Source: the human T2T-CHM13v2.0 reference genome, Homo sapiens
Assembly (NCBI RefSeq): GCF_009914755.1
Contig: NC_060936.1
Strand: one strand, 5' to 3'
DNA length: 64,000 bases
Shown here piece by piece: positions 33,137 through 47,708 of this stretch. A model generated the notes under the pieces. The model had not been told where the DNA came from, made no database searches, and saw only the letters and a list, made by a program, of their open reading frames with translations. Both the position numbers and the translations under genes were made by a program. How positions within the stretch are numbered: position 1 is the stretch's first letter; every line of letters begins with the position of its first letter.

Positions 33137-34551
33137 CTCAAAATATAAGTTTTATCTTACATAAGAGAGAAGGATCAATAGCAGGCAGTGCTTCAAGCCA
33201 TTATATATTTTTATCTTGCTACTTACTAGTTTATGGCATTTCTATCTGAAAATAAGTGTCCCCATTAAAGAAGGAAATGTTATAAATAAATAAGCTTAGT
33301 ATTGTCAATCTTCTCTGGTATGAAAGAGCAAACCAAATCATCTTACTAGGGGAGTATGGACAGAGTCATGTTCACAGACCATGCCTGTGGATAAAACCTT
33401 TTGTTTTTCTGCCCTCCTTAAACAAAAGAGAATAAACTGCAGTTCTGCACAGGTTTTGAAGCAATTCAAGCAAAGTACCTCATTAGTTAAGGGCTGAGAC
33501 ATGTGAGTAATATCTGAATTACTATGTAATGTTATTTAAGAATAATATTAATAAATTAAAGGAATAAAATCAATGAACTACTCTCATTTTTTTCAATAAA
33601 ATCTCTGCTCTCCAACAAATGCTAGTCTTTTGCTATTTCAAATATTTTATTCTTTTGCTTTATAAAAATTATTAATAAATTAATGATGATGAAAGCAGAG
33701 AGAGAGCTCTCATTCTTCAACCAAGAATTTTACCCAAATAAATATGCAAAAATTCTGTATATAAAAAACAGAGTTAGAAGCAATAATGTTTCTTGAATGG
33801 CAACACAGCTCTCCAGTACAAATAAGTAAATAACATAATAATGAGGGAACAATTGATCTCTTTATTTATACCACCAAAAATATGCCATGTTAAAAGCCAA
33901 AAGCACACAAAAAAACTGATATCACACACCTCTTGGCAAATTTGCTGTCTATATTATTAGCTAGGGCTTTAATTTAAACCCAGGAAAAATGTTTTCATTC
34001 TAAGCTAGAGGCAGTCCTCATTTTCTGTTCTTTTGGGCCCCTGGCCTTAGTTGTCTACAGCTTATGGCTCAATTATGAGAGAATAATGAAGTAAACATAT
34101 GTAAGCATGGGTCAATTTTTAAAAAACTCAACCTTCAATTCCAGACTCTGCAAAACTAGAGGAATTTTGAAACTGGGGAGGAATTTTTGACCCGTATAGT
34201 GCTCTAGGAAGTGAAAGAAAGAGAAAATACCTCACACAAGATGCAAAATACAATGGGAATATTCATGAGGATAATGGTCTCTGAATTGTCTGTGCTAATT
34301 ATAATTGCTTCACTCTTACAATTTTTGTCTTATTCTGTCTCTGAGGAGCACATCCAATTTGCACATGGAAGCCCCACACAGTAAAGAGTTGCAGTCGTAT
34401 AAGGATATTTTTATTCTTTATTTTTTCAAGCTCCAGAGCACAGTCTGATACTCCCCCCCATCACCCCTCTATATTGGAATCACCATGTGTGGGATCCTTA
34501 TTGTATGCCTGGAAGGAACCATTTTGCCCCAGACCTCTATAATAGTTTCTC

Positions 34552-34830
34552 TTTTTTTTTTTTTTTTAACTTTTATTTTAAGTTCAGTGTTCCAAGTGCA
34601 GGTTTGTTACATAGATAAACTTATGTCATGGGTGTTTGTTGTACAAATTATTTCATCACCCAGGTATTAAGCCTAGTACCTGTTAGTTATTTTTCCTGAT
34701 CCTCTCCCTCTTCCCACCCTCCGCCTTCTGAAAGGCCCTAGTGTGTGTTGTTCCCTGCTATGTGTCCATGTGTTCTCATCATTTAGCTCCCACTTTTAAG
34801 TGAGAGCATGTGATATTTGGTTTTCTGTTC
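34552..34830 (-). mobile_element. L1PA15/16-like 3' end
   Basis: Poly(T) then aacttttattttaagttcag...ttatttcatcacccaggtattaagcctagtacc. Confidence 0.85.
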
Positions 34831-34903
34831 TCTTCTAAAGAAGTGAGGTAGCCAGCTTTTAGAAAATGCCTTTAATTCTTCTTGGACATAGTACAGTGTG
34901 CTC

Positions 34904-35022
34904 AATGGGTGCAGCACACCAGCATGGCACATGTATACATATGTAACTAACCTGCACATTGTGCACATGTACCCTAAAACTTAAAGTATAATAATAATAA
35001 AATAAAATAAAATAATAATAAA
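34904..35022 (+). mobile_element. Very short (~120 bp) young L1PA 3' end
   Basis: aatgggtgcagcacaccagcatggcacatg...aaacttaaagtataataat plus an A-rich tail. Confidence 0.92.
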
Positions 35023-35370
35023 GCCTTAATAATAGGAACAATAATAATAATTCATAAAAACCCCCAATTCACAATTGTCTCCCTCTTCTCACAACTATTC
35101 TTACACTTCAAATACTATGTGTAAAACAAACTTTGCATAGAATACACTAATCAAAATGGTTCCTTTATTCCTTGCTTCTTACTGGGGACATAATTAGAGT
35201 GACTTGCTACCTCTTTTTCATTTTTCAGCCTTTATATAAAAATATATTACACAACACACATTCAGCACACATTGTCTGCTCACAAAATTTCAAAACTGCA
35301 CACTGAACCTTTTATTATCAAAGGTGTCATGTTTCCATTAAAAGCAACCACAATAATAAAATACTGCTAG

Positions 35371-35737
35371 TGTTATAGTCTGAAAGTTTGTGTCCCCCCA
35401 AAATTTATATGTTGGAATTCTAACACCCAAGGTGATGCTATTAGGAGGTGGGGCCTTTGGGAGGTAATTAGGTCATGGGAGTAGAGACCTCATGAATAGA
35501 ATTAGTGCCTTTATATAAGAGACTCTAGAGAACTTGTTATTCCCTTCAGCCATGTGAGGACATGGCAAAATGATGGCTATCCATGAAGCAGGAAACAGGG
35601 CCTCACCAGACACAGTCTTTGCCAGTGCATTGATCTTGAACTTCCCAGCCTCCAGAACTATGATAAATACATTTCTGTTGTTTATAAACTACTCAGGCTA
35701 TAGTATTTTGTTGCAGCAGTCTGAATGGACTAAGACA
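35371..35737 (+). mobile_element. MLT1A-type solo LTR
   Basis: tgttatagtctgaaagtttgtgtcccc...atggactaagaca; TSD gctag / actag. Confidence 0.88.
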
Positions 35738-35859
35738 ACTAGTACACCATGCAGGATTTGCTCAGTGCTGGCAATGCAAAGAAGATTAAGACATTTATAA
35801 AATTTTGAACTAAATCCAGGTTTATCTCTTTCAAAATATTATCTGCATCATAAACTGAG

Positions 35860-36470
35860 ATAGAGGTGAATTTTAACCTTTTAACAGGGCACTCACAGTC
35901 TTTTAACATCTGGACCTGTGGCAGCTTCTCTCCTGTTGCCCCCTTCACTCCTGATCTCTGACTGTCATCTGACCTGTGTGGCCCAGGACTCCCTAAGCAA
36001 GCGTTCCCATTGCAACTCTTGTGCCAGAATATCCTCCTTTCCCTGTTTGAAAATGATCAACTTATATTTTTACATCTCTGCTCAAATATTACATACTTTG
36101 AGGGGAAAATGCCTGATTCCAACAGGAAAAGTTAATGGCACTGTTTAAGGTACCCACATAAAACTCTGATAATAGCATTCATTGTATTGTATGCTGTAAT
36201 GTAATATCTATTTACAGGTCTGTCTTTTTCAACACACTGTAAATGACTTGGGGCTATGTTCTTTTCACCTTTTTAAACATATTGTCTGCTTAAAGGGTTT
36301 TATCTATGTGAATGAATCAATCAATCAACAGGGTCTGCTATATTGTCACATTGCTAAAGCACCTCTGGTTTCCATGAGGCAAAGCTATATCTCTTTTGTT
36401 CATCAGTATTTATCCTATCCGAGAGCACTTACTCCATGAGAAAATATTGACACACTAATATATGAACAAA
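35860..36470 (+). mobile_element. L2 fragments
   Basis: Pyrimidine-rich L2 3' motifs ending gtgaatgaatcaatcaatc. Confidence 0.45.
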
Positions 36471-37307
36471 TTACTTCTAACTGTTTTTAATATTTATATG
36501 ATTTTTAGAATATGCTTCAATTATAATTTTTATTTTTCTCACTTCAAAAATATACTTAAATTTTCATATCTTTTTACAATGTAATTTGTATCTATTTCTC
36601 ATATGTTTGAATCATAACTGCCTTATAGAAAAATCTTAACACTTTGTATTAGCCTGTACAAGCAGAGTTCTAATAAAAGTTAATAGAATGAGACATAAAA
36701 ACAATATACAAGTGAGGTAGTAACAAATATTGTCAGTTTAAAATAAATATTTCATATTCTGCTTTGAATAGTTTGAAACTTTCATATCTCCAGAAGGGAA
36801 GAATGTATTTCCTCAAAGCTAGCAATTCCCAAAAGTAAGGATCTTAAATGTTTCAACAAATAACCGGCACAGAGTTCTTGCTTAAAATCTCTCACTTCAA
36901 GTATACCCTGGCCAGACTTCATCCCAAGCAAAACAGAAATTAGTCCTTAAACTGAATGCCTGAAGACAGTGAAAAAAGAACAATCAGACAGCCACAAACA
37001 GGTTCTGGTTATCCTTTGCTATCAAGAAGGCAAGCTAAAGTTTTTCAAACACTTGAAGCTATTTTATTTAGTGGTATCTTTGGCTAAGCTTATTGTTTTT
37101 TACATTCATGTTTACAAATTGCAAATCTTCTTAGTGAGAAAACTACCCACACCCCTCATAATTTGTGACTTAAGGAAAATAGACTACTGGGACATAATGT
37201 GCTGCAGTGTTACTTAACATTTTTCCTTCATGTCAGAACATTCTAAACTTTAAAGTAATTATCAAACACAATGAAAGAAAGAAAGAAACAAACAATAATC
37301 TTTAATC

Positions 37308-37613
37308 TTTTTTTTTTCCTTTGAGACGGAGTTTCTCTCTTGTTGCCCAGGCTAGAGCGCAATGGCATATGGCATGGTCTCGGCTCACTGCAACCTCTGG
37401 CTCCAGGGTTCAAGCGATTCTCCTGCCTCAGCCTCCTGAGTAGCTGGGATTACAGGCACATGCCGCCACGCCCAGCTATTTTTTTGTATTTTTCGTAGAG
37501 ACAGGGTTTCTCCATGTTGGTCAGGCTGGTCTTGAACTCCCGACCTCAGATGATTTGCCCGCCTTGGCCTCCCAAAGTGCTAGGATTACAGGTGTGAGCC
37601 ACCGCACCCAACC
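37308..37613 (-). mobile_element. AluSp
   Basis: gagtttctctcttgttgccc; gggtttctccatgttggtcaggctgg. Confidence 0.93.
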
Positions 37614-39386
37614 AATAATTTCAAATAGTTGATTTTGTGTATCAACTATGGGTCTGGCTAATGTCCTTCTACAACAGCTAAATAAAATTATAATGTTTCT
37701 GATAATAGTTCAGGAAATTGTGACCTAATTATAAATGACCTTTTCTTCTAGAATTTTGCTTTCACTTAACAGAATGCAAGTTGTAGACATTCTGGTTACT
37801 TCTATTTATATGTGTTATGGTAAAAAGGTGATAGATGCCTTTAACTCAATTATTGCGCAAATTAATCTGTATGGGCTAATACTGCAGAATCTGGCAATTT
37901 AAGTAGTGTAGAGAGAACCTACTGTTTTATTTGTTAAAGGTATCAAAAGCTCCTGGAAATATAGTCAAATAAAATAGACCTGTATGGAAGTATTAATTAC
38001 TTAGTGCTTCAACAAAATAATGTGATTTTGAGTAATTAAAGGTCTGGAGAAGGAAAAAAAAAATGTATGCAAACGGCTGCCTGCTTCTATCAGTAGGTAA
38101 GCCAACATGATAATAGCCCTCAGAATTTTAAGTAATACAATTTGTCTTACTATGGGAATGCTCAAAATATAGTCTAAAAACTTTGCTAATGGTTCCCATG
38201 AGCAAGAATATAACTAAAAAAATTTAAGATGTTTTCTCTGTGCTTTATATAAAAGCATGACTACTAAAGCTGAATTGGATTTAACTAAACAAATGGTATA
38301 CCAGGCACTCTTCTTATTTTCTATTTGTTTCTATTTGTTTTCATCTTCCTTCTTTTTTCCACCATTTTCTAAATACTAGTTTCTTCCATTTTCTTAATAC
38401 TAGTCTTCAAAATTTTTCTATTCTTTTTCCCCAGAGACAGCCCATTGAAAATCATTGCAAAGGAAAGCAGTTATCAAACTGCTGACATGTTCTGCCTTCC
38501 ACTTTATCACCTAGCAGTCTTCAACTACTTGGAGAAGTTTTATTATATCCATTATTTCTATTGTACCTTTGTTTTCTATTCAGAACACAGATCCCTCCTT
38601 CACTTATATTGATTGCTCAGCATGTGCTAGGCTGTTTAGTTCTTATGAAGGCAAAAATTAGAATAAATAGGAAGAATCGCTGTCTTTATTTTTCATTTCT
38701 TTAAAATTATCTTTTAGGTTTTTGTGGTTGGCTTCTTACAGGTTGTTTTACATACCAGTATTTCAGGGACCAAAGTGAGGGTGGATTACCTGGAAATGTA
38801 TAACCTTATATATATGTATTTAGGATTTAAAGGAGAGAGAGGGAGAGAGAATCTGCAAAGTCAGGAGATAAGCCCTTATGAGGCTGCTGTATTGGGCAGT
38901 TAAGGCACAAACACACAAACTATGTCAGCCAGAACAGAGTAGACATATTATAGAGGACTCTAGGAAAGCGATTCTTCTCCATAATGCTCTACATTTTTTG
39001 TAAGGAGATAAGACAGGCCTCATCTAGGCTACTATATTGCAATAAGAACTTCCTGATCTAGGAATTGGCTTTTTAGGAAATATATCTCTAGAGTTAAGTG
39101 GTAGGTATCATTTTATTCCCACGCTGAGTTAACTCAGTCTTTTAAGGCCAGCTCTTTCTAAGCAAGAGCCAATTTACCCCAACCTCATCCTATGGAAGAG
39201 TCACCTGTGTGCAGGTTGCCTCATACTCTCTCCTCACAGGAAAAGGCAGATTGAGGCTGCTGGGTCAGCCCTGTTCGCACAGACAGAGCCTGTGCCGTAT
39301 CTGGCCCTGTCAAGGGGACTGGTGCCTTGTTTTCATCACTCCTTCCTAGTCCTACTGTTCATGCTTCTAAAATAAACAGGACTTGA

Positions 39387-39387
<1 letters not shown>

Positions 39388-39417
<30 letters not shown>
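39388..39417. repeat. (CA)n microsatellite
   Basis: About 15 CA units. Confidence 0.97.
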
Positions 39418-39419
<2 letters not shown>

Positions 39420-40179
39420 TAGTTTGAGGGAATTTGAATGATTCTCCAGGGACATCTAAATTATGAGATTAATTTTAGCTGTAGTAATCACAACAAATCA
39501 AAATAGTTTGAAAGCAATCTTGATATACCTAGGGGGTTATACCAAGTGATATATCAAAAGGGAAAAAAATAAGGCTTATTTCTAATACTAAATTTTACAA
39601 AGCTGAAGACAGAGTAAAATATAAGGACTCTAGAGGTTTCCTCTGATGGGTTTCCTCATATAAAACTGAATTATATCTAAAGAATACAAAGCTATCTCAC
39701 TTAAATAAACTCAAGCATCATTCCTCGACATTGCTGCAAGTTCATTGCCACAAAGGAGTGTGTATGTGGGGAGAGTATCAGGATTACTCAGGAAAATTAT
39801 GTTATATTTAATGATTATTGTTTTTAAAAATGAAATAGAGACAATGCAAAACCATCTAGAATTTTAAGAAAAATAAGTATTTTTTCACTAGCAAGTTTGA
39901 AATTTCACTTCAAATATAATACATATAAATTGCTTAATAACTGAAACTTTTCTTCTACATTTCAATTTTTTACAGGTTCAGGATTTTAATTACGTATTTA
40001 ACTTCAACTGAATATGTTATAACCAAAAAATAGAAAAAAGTTTAAAGAGGGATAAAAATAGGCTTCATTAAGGATTTAATATGGTGTTCATAATTAGATA
40101 AAATATATTCAGTTTTAGATTTAGATCAGTATTATTTATGCTCCTTTAAGGTCTACGACTAAAAGCAAATCAATTTATC

Positions 40180-41030
40180 CATTTCCTATATTCAAAAGTG
40201 ATCCAATACTTATTATTCACCAAATACTTAAGGAGTCAGGACTATTCTGGGCACTCAGCCTATAGCACCAAACAAAACAGACCAAAAAGTCCCTGCCTTC
40301 ATGAAGCTTTTAGCTTGTTTGTTTGTTTTGAGGAGAGAGAAAATAAAAATAAACAAACCTATAGCATATTAGCCAAAGATAATTCATAATGGGGTAAAAA
40401 AGCTGGAAAGAATATATAAAGAATTAGTGAATTTATAATTGTAGATAGAAAAGCCAAGGAAGACTTTTAAGCAAGAACCTGAATGAAGCACGAATGTCCA
40501 CATGTATGTGGGAGAAGAATAAGCTTCCCAAGCAGAGGGGACAGCACGTGTAAAGTTCTTGTTCATAATATCCAATAACAGCAATCAGGCCAAGATGGCA
40601 GGCTAAGATGACCTGTTGGGAAGAAAAGCATACAGTGAGTTCAGAGAAAGAGCAAGGTTTACTATCTTATGGGGCTTTTGATGCCTTTTAAAGGCTGTGA
40701 CTTTACTTGGAGCCAGCTGAAAAGACCTTGAGGGTTTTGAGCAGAAGAGTGAAAAGATCTGACTTATATTTTGAAATTATCAGTTTGGTTTATCACAGGG
40801 CGAGAGTGGCAGAAGAAGGGAGTCAAGTTAGAGGCTATTAAAATAGAGATAATTCCAGTGAAATAAAATCATAGCTTGAACCATGGTGAAGGGTGGTAAG
40901 ATGCGGTTAGAAGATAGAACTAAAAGAATTTGCTGATTGACCAGGGTGTTAAATAAAGAGAGGAGAAAAGGACAACACCAAGTATTGGGGCTTGAGCAAA
41001 TGAGTTCAAGAATTTAAGTATCATTGACAA
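40180..41030 (-). mobile_element. L2 (L2a-like)
   Basis: aaaacagaccaaaaagtccctgccttcatgaagctt; gagggttttgagcagaagagtga. Confidence 0.75.
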
Positions 41031-41417
41031 AGGTAAAATTTTCAGCACGGCACAAAATAAGCAATCAATATAAATGGAGGAGGGATGAGTGTTCTAAACA
41101 AGAAACAGAGGTACAATAGAAGTAGTGGATATAATAAGACTCCTCCAAGTAGTTAAAGACTACTAGGTGATAAAGTGGAAGGCAGAACATGTGAGCAGAT
41201 GAAGCACACAGAAGTCAGTTTACAGGTTCTTGTAGGACATCCTAAGCTACGACTGTCTTGTGTCAGTTAGGAAAGAGAGGCAGAGCTAACAATTTGTAAT
41301 ATATCACATACATACATAATACATATTATTATAAATTATTGAATCTGCCCCTCTTTCCCGAATAACAAAAAAAAATCAAGTATTCAAAGAGAGAAAGAGA
41401 ATAAAGAACAAAACACT

Positions 41418-41449
<32 letters not shown>

Positions 41450-41457
41450 GAGAGAGA
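41418..41457. repeat. (GA)n microsatellite
   Basis: Read directly. Confidence 0.95.
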
Positions 41458-42057
41458 AAATACATATAGAGAGACTTCATTATGTTTGAGTTTCCCATTC
41501 AAGAACCCCTAATGTCAGTGTCACCACTTTATTCCCACATATTAATCACAGAAGTCAAACATTCCCCCTTTTGTGTAAATTTGGACTGGATTCCTGTCTT
41601 TTGCTACGAAAAGTTGTAACTGATTTTATCAACTTATATGCTAATGAATAATATTCATCCATTGATAGGGAGTTTTCAGTAGTAAACCAAACTCTTCTTC
41701 AATATATAATTAGTATTAAGCTCACATTTCTGCTCTAATTCCAGTTTAAGTGTTTTTCTATCATTCAGCTGGCCCTATTTCATGTTATGATTTTATTTGT
41801 CACATGCTGATCTGTATTTTATACTCTCCCATATTACTCTGTATATTACTTGATATAACTCCTAACTAGCTTATTCTTTCTCTGCAATTGTTCACATTTA
41901 GCCTTTAAATTGCAGTCCTTGTTATCTCAGTAACTGCAGCTATTTTTATTCTTCATACCTACCAAAACATTTCTAAGGAAGTTCACTCTTCTCCATTAGA
42001 TACTCAGAAAATTCTCCTTTTACGGCTCAGGAATGCCATATTGCGGCTGTGTGGTCA

Positions 42058-42092
42058 TGTGTGTGTGTGTGTGTGTGCGTGTGCATGTGTGT
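42058..42092. repeat. (TG)n microsatellite, imperfect
   Basis: Read directly. Confidence 0.9.
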
Positions 42093-42129
42093 ACATCTGT
42101 TTGCATGCTCCCATGCATGTTTTTAGACT

Positions 42130-42560
42130 AAAGATGTATATAAATGTGTATGAACAGAATGAAGAATAATTACAAACACCTATGTAACTGCTATGCAGAT
42201 TAAGAAAAGGAGCATTGCCATTATCTTAGAAGTCCTCCTGTTCTCTGCCATGTGTGCCTGCAATAAGGTACATCTCACTTTCTCTTGCCCCCACAGATGA
42301 CTATTATTCTGACTTTTAGGATAATCAGTTCACTTTTTAATATCTATTATCTATTTATGTCCTTAAATAATATAATTACTAGTTTCACACTTATATCTAG
42401 CTTACTTTTGCCTGTAAGTTATATTCATATTGATGTATATGGCAAAAATTTATTTTCACAGATGTATAACATGCAATTTTAAGACTACTGCACTTATTTA
42501 TGCACTCTCCTGCAATAAGGTTCATAATTAGCATAAATATTATAACCCTAGGGCTGAAGA
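42130..42560 (-). mobile_element. Ancient L1ME-like fragment
   Basis: aacacctatgtaactgctatgcagattaagaaaaggagcattgcca...gactattattctgacttt. Confidence 0.45.
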
Positions 42561-44861
42561 TTTTCTTGGAGAACAACTTCATTATTCAAATAATATTCTA
42601 TAGCATGGTGTCCCAAAATACATTCTGTAATGTTAGGGAAATGAAGTGTTAAACAGATTTCTTTACACTCTAACTTCTAGAATGGTTACATATTCTAAAG
42701 ATAATTTGAATCAACATAAGGGACATATTATGCAATGTGTTTACTGAACAAATTTAACTAGGGTAAACCTTGTTCAAAGAATGTTTCTTAAGAAATATGT
42801 TTCAAAGAAAATACTTTGACAAATAGCACTCAGGGTTTACTTCCTGTATCAAATGCTCCTTCTCTTCTAGTCTCTCCTTCACTCTCATCAGCCTACAGTT
42901 TTGCCCTTTATAATTTCATTCCCATGTATGTGTGTGCCATAAAGTGCCATGGATTTTTTTTTTCCTTTGGAGGAGGTGGTTTTCTCTGGATGTCCATATG
43001 CCCTTTTGAACCCTATTCATACCCTCTTACTGTTTCTGAGAAAACAATCAGCTTGATGCCTCTCTTAATTATGCCCTTCTGCCAATTCCATCTTTGTGTT
43101 TTCATTTATTCCTATACTCACAGCTGAGATTGGGACTACAGTAGTAATATAGTCAGTCAATAATATGAATCGCATACATAATAACCAAACTCAAGATTTT
43201 TCAAGACCTATTATAAAACTCAGCATCTTCCACTGTCAGAGGCTATTATAATTTGAATAAAGGATTTGAAAATTACATTTCAATCCAAGTCTGTTTTTCC
43301 TATAGTGACTATCTTATCATTTTTACACTGAATTATCAATTGAATGCAATATATTTTACAGAAGGTCCCTGCTTGAAACCCAGTAAAATTGAATTAAGTT
43401 AAGAATAAGTTAGCTTTTAGCAGCTCAATTTAATTTTTTATGCCACTTGAAGGGCTGAAGATGTAAAGACATGTATCCTTATTTTTAGGAACAGACCTGA
43501 ATTTCTTCAGAACATATCAGAACACTTCTGCATCTTTAAACTTTGATGCGTGCTCACTTTCATCCATTTTTCTGAGCTGGCAGTGCAACATTTTCTCATT
43601 CTGTTTGTGGTTGCCACCTTTACAGGGTAAACAGTGTCTCTTACAATAAAGTGACTGTGTCACGCTAAGCTCCCTTGACATACATTAGGACACACGCTCT
43701 CCCACTCCTAGAGTGGCATTGAGAACTCTGATAACTGTAAACAAAAATTATATTTTACTTGCTGGCTAACAAGAACTTTGGCTTTTTCGATGAGTTTTTC
43801 AGCCTGAGGCACAAACACACACAAATGATTTTGTGAGAGCTTATAGATTAAAATCACTGCTTTAAGCTTAAAACTAATTTTTCCACATTTTCCCAACATG
43901 TCTTAAAAATCAATACAGGAGAGTAATTTAGGAGAAATTATAGAAAGGCACGTCATGAGACATTCTTAAACAACCTAACTTACTGTAATTTTAAGTTAAC
44001 ATTATATGCAAACAAGTGTTTTTTACCAAATGGTTTCCTAGACCCGGACAAAAAACTTGTTGCTTTATGCAGGGGAATTCAATCATATTCAAAGATGGCA
44101 TAAGGATTTAAACCAGAACATCTATTTTTATGATGATTAACTCTAAGGAATTTCTTCTTAATCTCACGATCACTGCATAGGAAGTAGTCATAACAAGGAC
44201 CTTCTCGCATGAAAGAAGATGAGGTAAACTTTCACTAATTTGAACTATTCTCATTGAATGTAAAACTAGTATGAAAGTACTAAAGAATGCACAAATAAGG
44301 GTGTTGCACAGTCTCTGGCATAGTGTGATGACGGCATTAGCTATGATAGTGGTGTTAGTGGTGGTTGTGACAGTAATTGTTAAATTCAACAATCTGAGAG
44401 GAAATGAGAAAATAAATTGTTGCCTAATTTGGAGATTTAGGATTTGTAGAGAAGAAGATATAATGCCATATTTAAGTAAGCTAAATTAAAAAATACAAAA
44501 ATAATTGTTTGCAGTTTTCACTGTACATGGGTAAATATCATGCTACCCTGATTTTTGGGCTCCCTAGAATTTGTCATATTCATGTTAATAGAAATCTTAC
44601 TGCATACAGCAGACAAAAAATATAAACACAAATAAGGAGGGTTTAAATGGAGGACATCAGACTTAGCTATAAACTCTGTTGTGGAGAATAAAGACAATTT
44701 ATTAACATCGAAAAATAAAATCCTGATGATCTTGACACTAAAAAATAATTATAATTAAAAAGTGGCACAAAAATGTGGAAAGTATGTAAAAATAGTAACA
44801 CAAATGTTTTAAATAAATGAAGTGCAAAGAAGTAAACAATTCATAGGAAATATATATGTTA

Positions 44862-47130
44862 TTTTTGAAACTGCTTTATTTGAACTTTACTGAGGTACGA
44901 TTTACATACAATAAAATATACACATGTTAAGTGTACAGTATGATCATGTTTAACATTTGTATTCACCAGCGTATCCACCATAATCAAGATAAAGATCATT
45001 AGCGTCACACCAAAAAGGTCCCTTGTGACTCCCTTGCTGTCAACTGAACGCACTACTCTCCTCGAGAAGCCAGTGATCTGCTTTATGTGGTTAGATATTA
45101 ATTTTGCCTTTCCTAGAATTTCATATAATTAGAGCCATAGTAAGTAGTCTTTGTGTCTGGCTTCTTTTGTTCAGCATAGTATTTTTCAGATTCAGTTGGC
45201 TATTGCATGAGTCAGTCGTTTGTTCCTTTTTATTGCTGATTAGTATTCCAGTATATGGCTACATCATAAGTTGTTTATTCATTCACTGGTGATGGACATT
45301 TGTATTGTTTCCAGTCTTTGGCTAATATGAATAAAGCTGTTATGAATGTTGATATACAATTACAGGACATGTGTTGGCATTTTTAAGTAAATGAGGCAAT
45401 GCAATTCTATTTCTGGACTCAGTATTGTATTCAATTGGTCCATTCATCTGTCTTTTATACTACACCATATTGTTTTGATTCCTGTAGCTTTATAGTAAGT
45501 CCCAATATCAAGTAATGTAAGTCCTTCAACTTTGTTCTTTTGCAAAGTTGTTTTGACTGCTATAGGCCTCTGCATATTCTTCTACATCTATGAAGCAGAT
45601 TCTTAAACCTCTCCCAAACCTGACAGAAAAAAACAAAAACAAAAACAAAAAAAACCTGATTGGATTTTGAGTGGAAATGTATTGGATCTACAGATTAATT
45701 TGAAATAAATCATTTCAGCAATAATGAGTCTTTTAATACGTAAACATGATATATCATTCCATCCGTTTGGTTCTTTAACTTCTTTAACTTTTGTGATTTT
45801 CTGTATAATCTTTAGCTAAATTTATCTCTAAGTGTTTTATGCTTTGAATGTTATCATAAATAGTCCATATGAATTTATCTTCCATTTTTAAATTGCTGTG
45901 TACACATAAAATTACATTTTATATATCGACCTTTTATCCTGTCATCAGTACCTAGTAGCTATTTGAGACATTCTTTAGAATTCTCTACATTTTATAATTG
46001 TATTAGTCCATTTTCACACTGCTGATAAAGACATACCCAGGACTGCTGATAAAGACATACCCTTTCTTTAAGATGAAGACATAAAGAAAGAGGTTTAATG
46101 GACTCACAGTTCCACGTGGCTGGGGAGGCCTCACAATCATGGCGGAAGTTGAAAGTCATGCCTCACATAGCGGCAGACAAGAGAGGAGAGCTTGTGCAGG
46201 GAAACTCCTATTTTTAAAACCATTAGATCTCAGGAGACTCATTCACTGTCAAGAGCACAGTGCAAGAAAGACCTGCCTTCATAATCCAATCACCTCCCAC
46301 CAGGTTCCTCCCATGACACGTGGGAATCCTGGGAGTTAAAATTCAAGATGAGATTTGGGTGGAGATACAGCCAAACCATCATCTTGTCTGCTGATTTATC
46401 TGCTTTTTGTGTATTTTTATTGCCTTATTATACTTAGTAGGCTTGCAGATAAAATATTAAATAGAATGAGACAAATCCATGTCTGTTTTCCTGAGCTTTC
46501 TTAGGTGGATATCATTATCTGATGATACTTGGAAGTTTCTCATAATGTTTTTTCAAAGTCTGAGAAAAATTCTCTTCTATTACTCTTTTACTAAAAGTTT
46601 TCACCATAATGGTGTTGTATTTTATAAATTCCTTTTTGGGCTTCTGTTTCCTACTTTGTGACGTTATTATAATAAATTGTATTAGCTGTTTTAATACATT
46701 TTAAAGCAACTTTGCATTTCTGGCATAAATTCTATTGGCATAATGTTCTATTTGCATTTATAGGTGGGTCTTTTTATAGTATATTTGGATAACTTTTGCT
46801 TGTACTTACCTGAAAGATATTGATATGTAGGCTTCTTAAAAATTTGCAAGAACTTTATAAAGTGTAAATGTAAAGTAATACTAGTATCATGAAATGAATT
46901 GGGAAATATTTCTAATATTCTTTATTTTATGAACAATATTCTGTAATATTAAATGTTTGAGAGAATTCATCAATAAAGGCAACTGGGCCTTAAATTTTTC
47001 TTTGCAAGATGCATTGTCAAATAAAATTTAAATTTCTTTAGGCCTTTGTACTTTCTACATAGTTTCGTGTTCATTTTGATAGTGTGTCTTTCATGGAATT
47101 TATCTATCTGACAAAAGTTGTATAACTTAT
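44862..47130 (-). mobile_element. Old L1M (L1MD/ME-like) 3' region with deletions, interrupted by a THE1 LTR
   Basis: tttactgaggtacgatttacatacaataaaat; ttttgtgtctggcttcttttgttcagcatagt-like segment; aagtccttcaactttgttctt. Confidence 0.75.
45999..46382 (-). mobile_element. THE1B-like solo LTR
   Basis: tgtattagtccattttcacactgctgataaagacataccc...gagatttgggtggagatacagccaaaccat. Confidence 0.9.
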
Positions 47131-47708
47131 TGTTGTATAAGTTGTAAAATTTACACATTTATTAGTGTTCTGATCTAACCCCACTCAAGATTTGCAATTT
47201 TAAAACTCAAGTACTCAAGGGAAATTTTTAAAACATTGCCTGAGTTTGTATGCTATTTTAGAACAGCAACAAATATACATCTTGTGCCTCTCTGAACAAT
47301 TTGTCCTAGGAATTTTCACAATAGTTTTGATAAATGGTTAATAATTTTCCTTGTAGAGAATTTACATCTAAATAATACGATCATTTTATACTAATTTTAG
47401 CAATAATATAAGTAATCTTTTAAGTAAATTATTATTTAGAACATATTTTTGTAAAGTGTATTAAGAAACATTATTTGGAAGATCCTGAAGGAAGAGAAAA
47501 CTATTTCACAATATCCATAAGTAAAAGAATAAGTTGCACTGCTTTGAAAGTACATTATAGGCAGGAGTCATTTTTGTAAGCATCAAAAAAGAGTTGATTA
47601 ATATCTTTCAAAGAAAAGGTGGTCAGCAGAATAGAAGGAAAATACCCAGTTATTAGACAAATATTCAGTCTATGGAATCCTATATTTTCTCACTGTTGAA
47701 ACTGGAAA

